DNA from: Candidatus Omnitrophota bacterium
GTDB taxonomy: Bacteria; Omnitrophota; Omnitrophia; Omnitrophales; Danuiimicrobiaceae
Assembly (NCBI GenBank): GCA_016206955.1
Contig: JACQQO010000011.1
Location: 1 to 26,458 of the forward strand
Direction of reading: 5' to 3'
Length of the DNA: 26,458 bases
Below are positions 7,042 through 15,952 of this stretch, in pieces. Both the position numbers and the translations under genes were made by a program. The first letter of the stretch is position 1, and each line of letters opens with the position of its first letter. The notes below the pieces were generated by a model. The model saw only the letters and a list, made by a program, of their open reading frames with translations. It had not been told where the DNA came from and made no database searches.

Positions 7042-8009
7042 CGGATTGAAATGTAAGATTTCTTTTTCAGCTCGTCCATCCACTGGACAAAGCGTTCGTG
7101 GGCCTTTTGGCGAAAAAGTTTATCTGAAATTTCACTTTCAGCTTCCTTAAAAGATTTATGTGAGGCTTCGCGCTTCTCGCCCACTTTGAAAATATGATAG
7201 TTGTTTTCGGTTTCAAGCACATCAGAAATGCTGCCCTTGGGAAGAGAAAATAAGAGCTGATCAATGCTGTCAACTAAATCACCTCTTTGAATAAAACCCA
7301 TAAAACCGCCCTGCTCGGCATGGACATCCTTGGAATTCTCTTTCGCCAGTTTCTCAAAATCAGCTCCCTTTTTGAGTTGAGCAATAAACTGCTCAGCTTT
7401 TCGCTTAACTGCCTCATCCATCATCCCTTTTTCGACCGCCTCTTTGCCCTTTGGAAGCGTAATCGACCAAACCTCAACTTGTTCTTTCTGAACAAATTCT
7501 TCGGGGTGATCCTTGTAATATTGTTCGGTTTCGTTGGGTGAAACAACGACACGGCCGCGGATGAGACCTTGATGAAGTTTGGCAATTGAAATCCGTTCTT
7601 TGACTCGTTTCTCAAGATCTGCCAGTTGGATGCCTGCCTTTTCCATTTCTTGTTCAAACCGTGTTTGATCTGGGAATTGAGATTTGAAGGAACTAAGTTC
7701 TTCCTGAATCTCGGAATCACTTACTTCAATGCCCAGCTTTTGAGCTTCTTGATAAACAAGCCTGTCCTCGATTAATTGATTCAGGAGTTGAAGGCGGAGT
7801 TTTTCAAGCTCTGCCTGAAGATTAGGGCCTTGGTAGGTTTTTTGCAATTGTTCGTAAATCGGCCTAAAAATGACGTCGAACTCGCTTTGGGTAATGACTT
7901 CGTTGTTCACCACCGCGGCGACACGATCGACCAGCTGACGATCTTCGGAAAAAGCAGCTTGAACCAAAAGCGTCATAAAAAAACTGATTAGAATCAGGAT
8001 TCTTTTCAT
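7038..8009 (-). CDS. surA: SurA/PrsA-like periplasmic chaperone with one parvulin (PpiC-type) PPIase domain
   Basis: Signal peptide; VDRVAAVVNNEVIT and LLNQLIEDRLVYQEA (SurA N-domain); GADFEKLAKENS..GGFMGF..HIFKV (rotamase); upstream of pdxA as in many bacteria. Confidence 0.85.
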   Translation of the reverse strand: MKRILILISFFMTLLVQAAFSEDRQLVDRVAAVVNNEVITQSEFDVIFRPIYEQLQKTYQGPNLQAELEKLRLQLLNQLIEDRLVYQEAQKLGIEVSDSEIQEELSSFKSQFPDQTRFEQEMEKAGIQLADLEKRVKERISIAKLHQGLIRGRVVVSPNETEQYYKDHPEEFVQKEQVEVWSITLPKGKEAVEKGMMDEAVKRKAEQFIAQLKKGADFEKLAKENSKDVHAEQGGFMGFIQRGDLVDSIDQLLFSLPKGSISDVLETENNYHIFKVGEKREASHKSFKEAESEISDKLFRQKAHERFVQWMDELKKKSYISIR

Positions 8010-8038
8010 TTGACGGTTACCTTATTGCGGAATTAATT

Positions 8039-8067
8039 ATAATATCACAGCTCGCACATCTTTTCAA
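8039..8067 (-). promoter_or_regulatory. Internal sigma70-type promoter for surA-pdxA
   Basis: Minus strand TTGAAA (8067-8062, overlapping the mfd stop), 17 nt, TATTAT (8044-8039) with a TG extended -10; a TATAAT also lies at 8041-8036. Confidence 0.6.
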
Positions 8068-9986
8068 TCATTCAGAAATTTCTTTTCCTGGTCTACCGCC
8101 TCCTTCAGCATGCGGCAATAAAGATCAAAACCCACCTGATAAATAAAGCCACTTTGTTCATGACCCACCACATTTCCTGCGCCTCGGATTTCCAAATCTT
8201 CAAGCGCCACTTTAAGCCCGGCGCCTAATTCACTAAAGCGCTCAATCGCGGCAAGGCGTTTTTCGGCATCTTGGGTGAGAACCCAATTCTTCGGGACCAA
8301 AAAATAAGCATAGGCTTGTCGTGCGGTTTGAAAACGGCCCACACGCCCGCGCAATTGGTAAAGATCCGAAAGGCCAAACCGATCCGCCCGATTGATTAAA
8401 ATCGTATTGACGTTGGGAATGTCAATTCCGGACTCAATGATATTGGTTGAAATCAGACAATGAGTTTTCCCTTCGATAAAATCCGTCATGACCTTCTCGA
8501 GACTCGCCACCAGCATCTGGCCATGCGCCACGCCGAATGAAACGTGCGGCAGAAGTTTTTTCAAATAAGCATGAATTTTCTCGATGGATTCAATCCGGTT
8601 ATGGACAAAATAGATTTGTCCTTTTCGTTCCAATTCGCGCTCAAATGCTTGCTGGATGGGTACCTCTTCAAATTCTAGAATTTCGGTCCGGATCGGAAGC
8701 CTTTGTTTGGGCGGCGTTTCGATCACCGACATATCGCGAACTCCCAAAAGAGAAAGATAGAGCGTGCGAGGAATGGGGGTCGCGGTGAGTGTCAATACGT
8801 CAACGGTCTCGCGCAAAAATTTAAGCCGCTCCTTGTGCTTCACGCCAAATCGCTGTTCCTCATCAATAATGGCAAGCCCCAAATCCTTAAAGGAAACGTC
8901 CTGAGAAAGTAAACGGTGCGTGCCAATCACGATATCGATCTTTCCCTCTTTAAGTTGCACAACCACTTTTTTCTGAGCTTTTGGATTCCGGTACCGAGAA
9001 AGGAGTTCCACTTGGACCGGCATATTTTCCATGCGGCGTTTAATCGTGAGGTAATGCTGTTCGGCTAAAAGGGTGGTTGGCACGAGAAAAGCGACCTGTT
9101 TTCCTGCAAGGACTGCTTTGAACGCCGCGCGAATCGCCACTTCAGTTTTGCCATAACCCACATCGCCGCAAAGCAAACGGTCCATTGGCTTTTCCCTTTC
9201 CATATCGTGCTTGACTTCATCGGTGGCGCGCCTTTGATCGGGCGTCTCCTCATAAGGAAAGGAGCGTTCAAATTCGAGCTGAAGTTCGGTATCTGGGGGG
9301 AATGGAAAGCCGGCGTGAACGTTTCTCTTCGCTTGAAGCTCGACCATTTCTCGGGCGACTCCGTGAACAGCGAGGCGTGTGCGTTCCTTAATCCGAACCC
9401 ACTCTTTTCCTTGAAGTCGTGTGAGTTTGGGCTTTTTGCCCTCCAGCCCGAGGTAGCGTTCCAAAAGTTGATGCTGATCAAAAGGGAGATAAAGAATTTC
9501 CTGATTCGCGAATTCAAGCGCAAGATGCCGTTTGGGAGTTCCTGCGGTTTTCAAAATCTTGGTTCCCAAAAATTTGCCAATCCCATATTCGATATGGACC
9601 ACATAATCTCCTACCCGAATATCTTCAAGCTCAGAAACCGGCTCAAAATCTTCCAAATAAGTTCTGAGACGGGACTGTTTCTTAAGAAAAGCTTCGGTAA
9701 TGGGAAGGAGAAAAAGCTCTTCGAAAGTGGTGAGGCTCTTTCCTTCTTGAAGGGAATAATCGCGGATCGATTCGATTTGATCCAGATGAAAATGGATTCG
9801 AATCGGCGCGCGGTAAGAAAGCGGATAAACATCGATCGTCGAACCGCGGATTGCATACTCTCCGGGTTCTTCAACTATTTTTTCTTCGTGATAATTTAAG
9901 GCGTGCAATTTTTGAAGGAGATTGTCGCGATGAATCTCATCGCCCACGCACAGGCGAAAAACTTTGCTTAAATCTTTTTCAGCCAT
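8064..9986 (-). CDS. mfd: Transcription-repair coupling factor Mfd, compact 640-aa form
   Basis: D2-like GEYAIRGSTIDVYP..PIRI..IESIR; RID GDYVVHIEYGIGKF; helicase motifs GDVGYGKT, DEEQRFG, LTATPIPRT, QLRGRVGR; TRG DLEIRGAGN..EQSG..VGFDLYCRML. Confidence 0.93.
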   Translation of the reverse strand: MAEKDLSKVFRLCVGDEIHRDNLLQKLHALNYHEEKIVEEPGEYAIRGSTIDVYPLSYRAPIRIHFHLDQIESIRDYSLQEGKSLTTFEELFLLPITEAFLKKQSRLRTYLEDFEPVSELEDIRVGDYVVHIEYGIGKFLGTKILKTAGTPKRHLALEFANQEILYLPFDQHQLLERYLGLEGKKPKLTRLQGKEWVRIKERTRLAVHGVAREMVELQAKRNVHAGFPFPPDTELQLEFERSFPYEETPDQRRATDEVKHDMEREKPMDRLLCGDVGYGKTEVAIRAAFKAVLAGKQVAFLVPTTLLAEQHYLTIKRRMENMPVQVELLSRYRNPKAQKKVVVQLKEGKIDIVIGTHRLLSQDVSFKDLGLAIIDEEQRFGVKHKERLKFLRETVDVLTLTATPIPRTLYLSLLGVRDMSVIETPPKQRLPIRTEILEFEEVPIQQAFERELERKGQIYFVHNRIESIEKIHAYLKKLLPHVSFGVAHGQMLVASLEKVMTDFIEGKTHCLISTNIIESGIDIPNVNTILINRADRFGLSDLYQLRGRVGRFQTARQAYAYFLVPKNWVLTQDAEKRLAAIERFSELGAGLKVALEDLEIRGAGNVVGHEQSGFIYQVGFDLYCRMLKEAVDQEKKFLND

Positions 9987-11131
9987 TCACGAATGCGGGC
10001 AAGGCCGCTTTCGATCAATTGTTCGGAAACGGCAAAACTCATCCGAATTGCATGATCATCGCCAAATGCGATGCCGGGCACGACTGCTACCTTGGATTCA
10101 TCGAGCAAGCGGTCTGAAAATTGAAGAGAACTTAAACGAGTTTGGTGAATGTTAACGAATAGATAAAAAGCCCCGCTCGGTTTGAATGGTTTTAATTTAG
10201 GGATATCGCTTACGAGACGATACATGAGATCTCGTCTCTTTTCAAACGCTACGCGCATTTTCTTAACTTCTGGCTCACCGCTCTTCAATGCTTCTAAATA
10301 TCCTGCCTGTGCAAACGAAGTTGGATTAGAGGTCGAATGACTTTGGAGTGAACCGCATGCTTCCGCAATCGGTTTGGGCGATGCTGAAAAACCAAGCCGC
10401 CAGCCGGTCATCGCGTATGCCTTGCTTGCTCCGCCAACCGTAATGGTTAGGTTTAAAAGTTCTGAATCAAGTGAGCCGATTGAACAATGTTCTTTTCCAT
10501 CGAAAATTAATTTCTCGTATATTTCATCACTTAGAATAAAAAAAGAATGTGCTTTCGCGATCTCGCCAATTTGGCGAAGCAAATCGCGCGACATTACAGC
10601 GCCGGTAGGATTCGAAGGTGAATTTAAAATCAACACCTTCGTTTTTTTAGTGACCAGTTTTTCAAGCTGAGCCGGTGATGGCAAGTAACCCGCCTCAAAC
10701 TCCGTTTTTAAGATCACGGATTTTCCGCCCGCCAAAGAAACCATTTCCGGAAAACTCAACCAATAAGGAGACGGGATAATTACCTCATCTCCTTCATTTA
10801 TAAGGACTTGCAATGTGTTGTAAATGGCGTGCTTTGCGCCGCAAGAGACCACAATTTGCTCGGGCGAATACGTGAGATGATTTTCCTGCGAAAGCTTTTC
10901 TGAAATGGCTTTCCTTAATTCGAGAATACCTGAGGCTGGCGTGTATTTGGTAAATCCTTGATTAAGAGAATCAATGGCCGATTGTTTGATCGGCTGAGGG
11001 GTATCAAAATCAGGTTCGCCGGCGGAAAAAGAAATAATATCCACCCCTTCCTGCTTCAGGCGCTTTGCCTTAGCTTCAATCGCAAGCGTAAGAGATGGAG
11101 TTATGTTTTGAATTCGTCTGGCGAGATTCAC
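9968..11131 (-). CDS. aspC: Aspartate aminotransferase (class I, AspC/AspB type)
   Basis: GEPDFDTP, KYTPASG, NSPSNPTG, SDEIY, SKAYAMTGWRLG, IRMSF; GTG start 17 nt after the rplQ stop. Confidence 0.9.
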   Translation of the reverse strand: MNLARRIQNITPSLTLAIEAKAKRLKQEGVDIISFSAGEPDFDTPQPIKQSAIDSLNQGFTKYTPASGILELRKAISEKLSQENHLTYSPEQIVVSCGAKHAIYNTLQVLINEGDEVIIPSPYWLSFPEMVSLAGGKSVILKTEFEAGYLPSPAQLEKLVTKKTKVLILNSPSNPTGAVMSRDLLRQIGEIAKAHSFFILSDEIYEKLIFDGKEHCSIGSLDSELLNLTITVGGASKAYAMTGWRLGFSASPKPIAEACGSLQSHSTSNPTSFAQAGYLEALKSGEPEVKKMRVAFEKRRDLMYRLVSDIPKLKPFKPSGAFYLFVNIHQTRLSSLQFSDRLLDESKVAVVPGIAFGDDHAIRMSFAVSEQLIESGLARIREWLKKI

Positions 11132-11148
11132 GATGACGCTTCCGCTCG

Positions 11149-11715
11149 TTATTTTTTATCGTCATCGCCTTTTAAAAATCGGCGAAGCGAACCCAAGAAA
11201 CCGCCTTTCTTGGGCACTTCCTTCTTTGGCTCTTCTTTCTTAGCTTCTTCTTTAACAGAAGGAGGACGTTTAGCCTTTTCTTTTTCTTTGACTTCTTTGG
11301 CAGGTTTTGGTTCCTTTTTCTTCTTAGGTTTTTTCTCCTCGATCGCGATGACAGGAACTGAAAATTCTAAAAGGGAAAGTGAAGCTCCATCTCCAGGACG
11401 CTCCCGATAACGGAGAACGCGGGTATATCCGCCCTTTCGTTCAGCAAGCTTGGGAGCGATGACTTCAACCATTCGCTTGGCAAAGTCTTCTGATCCAGAA
11501 CCTAATTTTTGAATCAAATTCCGCCGCGCGTGGAGCGTGTTTTGTTTCGCGATGGTCACCAATTGATCCACAAAACGGCTTGCTTCTTTGGCTCGCGCAT
11601 GAGTGGTAATAATTTGCTGGTGAGTGATCAGATTGCGTGCCAAATTTCGAACCAAAGCACGCCGATGCTCCTGAATCAACCCTCCCAATCTTCCGTGTCG
11701 ACGACCGTGTCTCAT
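11149..11715 (-). CDS. rplQ: 50S ribosomal protein L17 with ~68-aa C-terminal extension
   Basis: MRHG..HRRALVRNLA..TT.ARAKE..GGYTRV..R.GDGA; follows rpoA. Confidence 0.97.
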   Translation of the reverse strand: MRHGRRHGRLGGLIQEHRRALVRNLARNLITHQQIITTHARAKEASRFVDQLVTIAKQNTLHARRNLIQKLGSGSEDFAKRMVEVIAPKLAERKGGYTRVLRYRERPGDGASLSLLEFSVPVIAIEEKKPKKKKEPKPAKEVKEKEKAKRPPSVKEEAKKEEPKKEVPKKGGFLGSLRRFLKGDDDKK

Positions 11716-11733
11716 TGAATTTCCTTAAAATAT

Positions 11734-12726
11734 TTAGGCTACGGCGGCCTTCTTCTTTTTCATCCGCTCCTGGATATTCATGCCTAGATGAAGGCTCATA
11801 CCGAGGAGGATATTTTGAATTTCGGAGAGAGATTTCTTTCCAAAGTTTTTATATTTCAACATTTGGGCTTCCGTTTTCTGAACCAAATCGCCAATCGTTT
11901 TAATATTAGCTGCTTCCAAACAATTAGCGCTTCGCACAGATAACTCAAGTTCTGTAATCGGTTTGTTAATCAATTCAAGGAATTCCTTGTCTTCCTCTTC
12001 TTCCTCTTCCTCTTCTTCGGGAAGTTCTCCATAGTTGACAAAAATATCCAAATGCCGCTGAAGAATATTGGAAGCGTAGAGCAAGGCTTCTTCCGGAGTC
12101 ATGGCGCCATTGGTGAAAATCTCAACAATCAAGCGGTCATAATCCGTAATTTGGCCTACGCGGGTATCCTCGACTGCAAAGTTAACTTTTGTGACGGGCG
12201 AAAAAATAGAATCCACCGCAATCGAGCCGATCGGCATCTCTTCCTGCTTATTCCGTTCGGCGGGAACATACCCTCGGCCACGAGCCACTTCCATTTCCAC
12301 ATAAAAGCGCATGTCCTTGGTCAAAGTGGCAATGTGGAGGTTCGGATTGATGATTTCTACCGTCTCATCTGCCTGGATGTCCTTTGCCGTAACCGGCCCT
12401 TTTTTCTTCACATCAATGATCACTTTTTTCGGCTGCTTTCCATGGTATTTGAGCACCAATTTTTTAATATTCAGCACAATCTGGGGTACGTCTTCGATAA
12501 CCCCATCCATGGCCGAAAATTCATGAAGTGCGCCTTCAATTTTAATATGGGTGACAGCCGCACCTTCAATGGAGGAAATCAAAACGCGTCTGAGCGCATT
12601 TCCGATCGTTGTCCCATAGCCGCGTTCGAAAGGCTCCGCAACAAACTTTCCATAAGTGGGTGTTAGCGACGCCTGATCTGCTTCAAGCCGTTTTGGCATC
12701 TCAAATGTTTTCCATCGTATTCCCAT
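11734..12726 (-). CDS. rpoA: RNA polymerase alpha subunit
   Basis: EPFERGYGTTIGNALRRVLISS, VARGRGYVPA, DSIFSPV, ELELSVRSANCL, NFGKKSL. Confidence 0.99.
   Translation of the reverse strand: MGIRWKTFEMPKRLEADQASLTPTYGKFVAEPFERGYGTTIGNALRRVLISSIEGAAVTHIKIEGALHEFSAMDGVIEDVPQIVLNIKKLVLKYHGKQPKKVIIDVKKKGPVTAKDIQADETVEIINPNLHIATLTKDMRFYVEMEVARGRGYVPAERNKQEEMPIGSIAVDSIFSPVTKVNFAVEDTRVGQITDYDRLIVEIFTNGAMTPEEALLYASNILQRHLDIFVNYGELPEEEEEEEEEDKEFLELINKPITELELSVRSANCLEAANIKTIGDLVQKTEAQMLKYKNFGKKSLSEIQNILLGMSLHLGMNIQERMKKKKAAVA
11992..12018 (-). repeat. GAA/GAG codon run encoding nine consecutive Glu in the RpoA linker
   Basis: Reads GAA GAA GAG GAA GAG GAA GAA GAG GAA, between the NTD (..DIFVNYG) and the CTD (..KPITELELSVRS). 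Confidence 0.9.
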
Positions 12727-12750
12727 GTGTGTTCTCTCCTTTTGATATCT

Positions 12751-13377
12751 TTATTTTGAATATAACTCCACAATTTGTGACTCCTCAACCGGAAGTCCTG
12801 CATCTGATTTTCCGGGAAGCCTTAACACTTTCCCTTCCAGAGTCTCACGGTTTAGTTCAAGCCATTCCGGAACTGGCCTGTCTTTGAGCATTTCTAAATT
12901 ATTTTGAATCCGTTTCTTTAACAACTCATCTGGATAAGTTTGGATCATATCTCCTGCGCGTACTTGAAATGAAGGAACATTCACCGTCCGTCCATTGACC
13001 ATGATAAAACCATGAGAAACGAGTTGACGAGCTTCTTTCCGCGAAGAAACGAAAAGCAAGCGATAAACGGTATTATCAAGCCGCCTTTCCAAAGATTGAA
13101 TTAAAGTTTCACCCGTAATGCCCCGAGTTTTTGCCGCCCTAGCAAAAAAAGAGCGGAATTGTCTTTCCAGCATGCCATAGATTTTCTTCGCCTTCTGTTT
13201 CTCGCGAAGCTGAACTCCATAATCGGAAAGCTTTCCCCGGCTCCTCCGATGCATGCCGGGCGGCTGGTTGCGCCGTTCAATCGCACACTTATCTCCCGTG
13301 CAGCGAATTCCTTTCAAAAACAATTTAATTCCTTCGCGGCGGCACAGCCTACAAACAGCACCTCTTCTCCTTGCCAT
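12751..13377 (-). CDS. rpsD: 30S ribosomal protein S4 (Zn-ribbon form), 208 aa
   Basis: CRLCRREG..C..DKC, SDYGVQLREKQK, LERRLDN, ARQLVSHG, IVELYSK; start set at ATG 13377 (MARRRG). Confidence 0.98.
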   Translation of the reverse strand: MARRRGAVCRLCRREGIKLFLKGIRCTGDKCAIERRNQPPGMHRRSRGKLSDYGVQLREKQKAKKIYGMLERQFRSFFARAAKTRGITGETLIQSLERRLDNTVYRLLFVSSRKEARQLVSHGFIMVNGRTVNVPSFQVRAGDMIQTYPDELLKKRIQNNLEMLKDRPVPEWLELNRETLEGKVLRLPGKSDAGLPVEESQIVELYSK

Positions 13378-13381
13378 AAAA

Positions 13382-13750
13382 TTAAACCCTTCTCCTTTTC
13401 GGAGGACGGCACCCATTGTGCGGAAGCGGCGTCACATCCTTGATCATACTAATTTGAAGCCCAACGGATTGAAGTGCCCGAATAGCGGATTCCCTTCCAG
13501 AGCCGGGCCCGTTGACATGAACTTCCACTTCTTTCATGCCGTTTTCCATCGCTTTCTTGGCAGCTTGTTCGGAAGCTACTTGAGCGGCGAAGGGGGTTGA
13601 TTTCTTGGAACCTTTAAATCCCGCGCTTCCTGAACTTGCCCAGCAAATGGTATTTCCAGCAATGTCCGTCACATTAATCACGGTATTATTGAAGGATGCT
13701 AAAATATGAACAATTCCTTTGGAAACCTGTTTCGCCTTTTTCTTGGTCAT
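13382..13750 (-). CDS. rpsK: 30S ribosomal protein S11
   Basis: [49 protein letters not shown]. Confidence 0.99.
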   Translation of the reverse strand: MTKKKAKQVSKGIVHILASFNNTVINVTDIAGNTICWASSGSAGFKGSKKSTPFAAQVASEQAAKKAMENGMKEVEVHVNGPGSGRESAIRALQSVGLQISMIKDVTPLPHNGCRPPKRRRV

Positions 13751-13766
13751 GTGCCTTTCCTTTTAA

Positions 13767-14156
13767 TTACTTAGGTGCTGGCGGTTTCTTCAGAAGACCG
13801 CCCACGGTTTTTCTCGGTCCTTTGCGGGTTCTCGCATTCGTGTGAGTACGCTGTCCATGAACGGGAAGGCCTTTGAGATGACGCGAGCCCCGATAACTTC
13901 TCACATCAATTAAGCGCTTGATATTTTGTTGAACTTCGCGCCTCAGATCGCCTTCCACTTTCAAATTGGATTTTTGAATTACTGAGGTGATTTGCGCGAC
14001 CTCTTTATCCGTCAAATCCTTCGCCCTTTTGTTGATGTCCACATTGGCGTCTTTCAAAATTTTATTGGACAGAGATCTCCCCACTCCATAAAGATAGGTT
14101 AGAGCGATCTCGGTTCGCTTCTCACGTGGAAGATCCACGCCAAAAATTCTGGGCAT
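13767..14156 (-). CDS. rpsM: 30S ribosomal protein S13
   Basis: [49 protein letters not shown]. Confidence 0.99.
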   Translation of the reverse strand: MPRIFGVDLPREKRTEIALTYLYGVGRSLSNKILKDANVDINKRAKDLTDKEVAQITSVIQKSNLKVEGDLRREVQQNIKRLIDVRSYRGSRHLKGLPVHGQRTHTNARTRKGPRKTVGGLLKKPPAPK

Positions 14157-14161
14157 TGTGA

Positions 14162-14275
14162 TTATCCCTGCCTTTGCTTATGTTTTGGATTCGTGCAGGT
14201 AACATAAACGATTCTTTTCCGCCGCACGACTTTGCAATGTTCACAAATTCTTTTTACCGAACTTCTGACTTTCAT
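14162..14275 (-). CDS. rpmJ: 50S ribosomal protein L36 (not in the ORF track, 37 aa)
   Basis: Manual translation [37 protein letters not shown]; lies between infA and rpsM. Confidence 0.98.
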   Translation of the reverse strand: MKVRSSVKRICEHCKVVRRKRIVYVTCTNPKHKQRQG

Positions 14276-14285
14276 TTTGCCTTTC

Positions 14286-14501
14286 CTATATGCGGTATGT
14301 GATTCTGCCGCGGGTCAAATCATAGGGTGAAAGTTCAACCTTCACCCGATCGCCCGAGAGAATGCGAATGTAATGCATTCTCATTTTTCCGGAAATATGC
14401 GCCAAGACCTTATGTCCGTTATCCAGTTCCACTCGAAACATGGCATTCGGAAGCGGCTCAACAACAACTCCCTCTACTTCGATGGCATCTTCCTTCGGCA
14501 T
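14286..14501 (-). CDS. infA: Translation initiation factor IF-1
   Basis: [59 protein letters not shown]. Confidence 0.99.
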   Translation of the reverse strand: MPKEDAIEVEGVVVEPLPNAMFRVELDNGHKVLAHISGKMRMHYIRILSGDRVKVELSPYDLTRGRITYRI

Positions 14502-15296
14502 TTAAAGCACCCCTAACTGGAATTGGTCTGCCGTGCTTTTCTCATATTGCTGAGGACCGGTTAAATTTTGCGGTCCGTTCTCTGTCAAAGCGATGGTATC
14601 CTCATAATGAGCAGCTAATTGATGGTCGCGCGTTACAACCGTCCAAGCATCTTCCATAATGTCAACTTCCCAGCTCCCGGCAGCAACCATGGGTTCAATC
14701 GCAAGCACCATTCCCACTTCCATTTTGGCTCCCGTTCCCGGCTTTCCAAAATTGGGCACTTGTGGATCTTCGTGCATTGCCCGTCCAATTCCATGCCCTA
14801 CAAAATCACGAATCACCGAAAATCCTTGTCCTTCCACATATTCTTGAATGGCTGCCGAAAGATTGCCCACGCGGTTGCCCACTTTCATTTGAGCCATTCC
14901 GATATAAAGAGCTCGTCTCGCCACTTCCGCCAGTTCAATAGCTTCTTCATTTGCCTTGCCGACCGTCCAAGTGCGAGCCGAATCGCTTACGTATCCATTA
15001 TAAATTAAGCCGATGTCAATGCTCAAAAGATCGCCTTCCTTCAATTTCCTTTTGGAAGGAATCCCATGCACCACTTCCTCATTAATTGAAGTGCACACGC
15101 AAGCCGGATAACCACGATACCCTTTAAAAGCCGGTTTGGCTTGTTGCCCCGCAATCAGTCGTTCCACTTTTTGATCAATCTCCAAAGTCGTCATGCCAAC
15201 TTTAATGGAGCGCTTCAGTTCCCTGAAAACCAATTTGAGCCGCTTCGCCGATTCGCGCATAACCTCGATCTCATGTTTCGATTTCAAAGAAATCAT
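14502..15296 (-). CDS. map: Methionine aminopeptidase type I
   Basis: CTSINEEVVHGIP, SIDIG..SD, GHGIG, AIEPM, AHYE (all metal ligands present). Confidence 0.98.
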   Translation of the reverse strand: MISLKSKHEIEVMRESAKRLKLVFRELKRSIKVGMTTLEIDQKVERLIAGQQAKPAFKGYRGYPACVCTSINEEVVHGIPSKRKLKEGDLLSIDIGLIYNGYVSDSARTWTVGKANEEAIELAEVARRALYIGMAQMKVGNRVGNLSAAIQEYVEGQGFSVIRDFVGHGIGRAMHEDPQVPNFGKPGTGAKMEVGMVLAIEPMVAAGSWEVDIMEDAWTVVTRDHQLAAHYEDTIALTENGPQNLTGPQQYEKSTADQFQLGVL

Positions 15297-15943
15297 CCCA
15301 ACACCTGCTTCAATTCTTGTTGAAGCGGCTCAATTTCTAAATCGCCGTTCACCACTCGAAGCACCTTTCTTTGTTTGTAAAATTCGATTAAAGGCGCTGT
15401 TTGGTCTTGATACACCTTAAGGCGCTTACGAACGGTTTCTGGATCGTCGTCCTTCCGTTGAATTAAAGCCTTGCCGCATACATCACAAATTCCTTCCCTT
15501 TTAGGAGGAATGTTGCGAATATGAAAATTGGCTCCGCAATTGGAACAAACTCTTCTACCAGAAAGTCGATCGACTATAACCTTTTCCGAGGTTTGAAATT
15601 CGAGAACCAAATTGACCGGCATTTGCTTGTCAACCAACATGCACTCAAGTGCTTTTGCCTGTTCCACCGTTCTTGGAAAACCGTCTAAAATGAAGCCTTT
15701 TTTGACGTCCCGATCTTCGAGTCGTTCCCTCATCATCTCAACGACTAATTCATCCGGAACCAGTTTTCCGCTGTCAATGAACGATTTTGCCTTCTTTCCT
15801 AAGGGCGTTCCTTCTTGGATTTGAGATCGTAAGATATCGCCAGTCGAAATATGAGCCAGTTCATAACGCTCGCTCAATATTTTCGCATGCGTTCCTTTCC
15901 CAGCTCCGGGCGGCCCCAAAAGAATAATTCGTAACGGCGTCAT
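15293..15943 (-). CDS. adk: Adenylate kinase (Zn-LID form)
   Basis: LGPPGAGKGT, HISTGD, GFILDGFPRT, RRVCSNCG..CDVCG, RKDD. Confidence 0.99.
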   Translation of the reverse strand: MTPLRIILLGPPGAGKGTHAKILSERYELAHISTGDILRSQIQEGTPLGKKAKSFIDSGKLVPDELVVEMMRERLEDRDVKKGFILDGFPRTVEQAKALECMLVDKQMPVNLVLEFQTSEKVIVDRLSGRRVCSNCGANFHIRNIPPKREGICDVCGKALIQRKDDDPETVRKRLKVYQDQTAPLIEFYKQRKVLRVVNGDLEIEPLQQELKQVLG

Positions 15944-15952
15944 ATGAACGAG

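Noticed and set aside
9207-9899. 230-aa plus-strand ORF
   Set aside because: Antisense shadow of mfd; no recognisable motifs or SD.
8064-9986. mfd as a pseudogene, frameshifted or truncated by assembly
   Set aside because: The ORF is uninterrupted with all catalytic motifs, its start is coupled to aspC, a promoter-like element overlaps its stop, and there are no D1/D3/D7 remnants in the flanks. Not fully excluded without reads and relatives.
12052-12666. 204-aa plus-strand ORF
   Set aside because: Antisense shadow of the highly conserved rpoA; no independent evidence.
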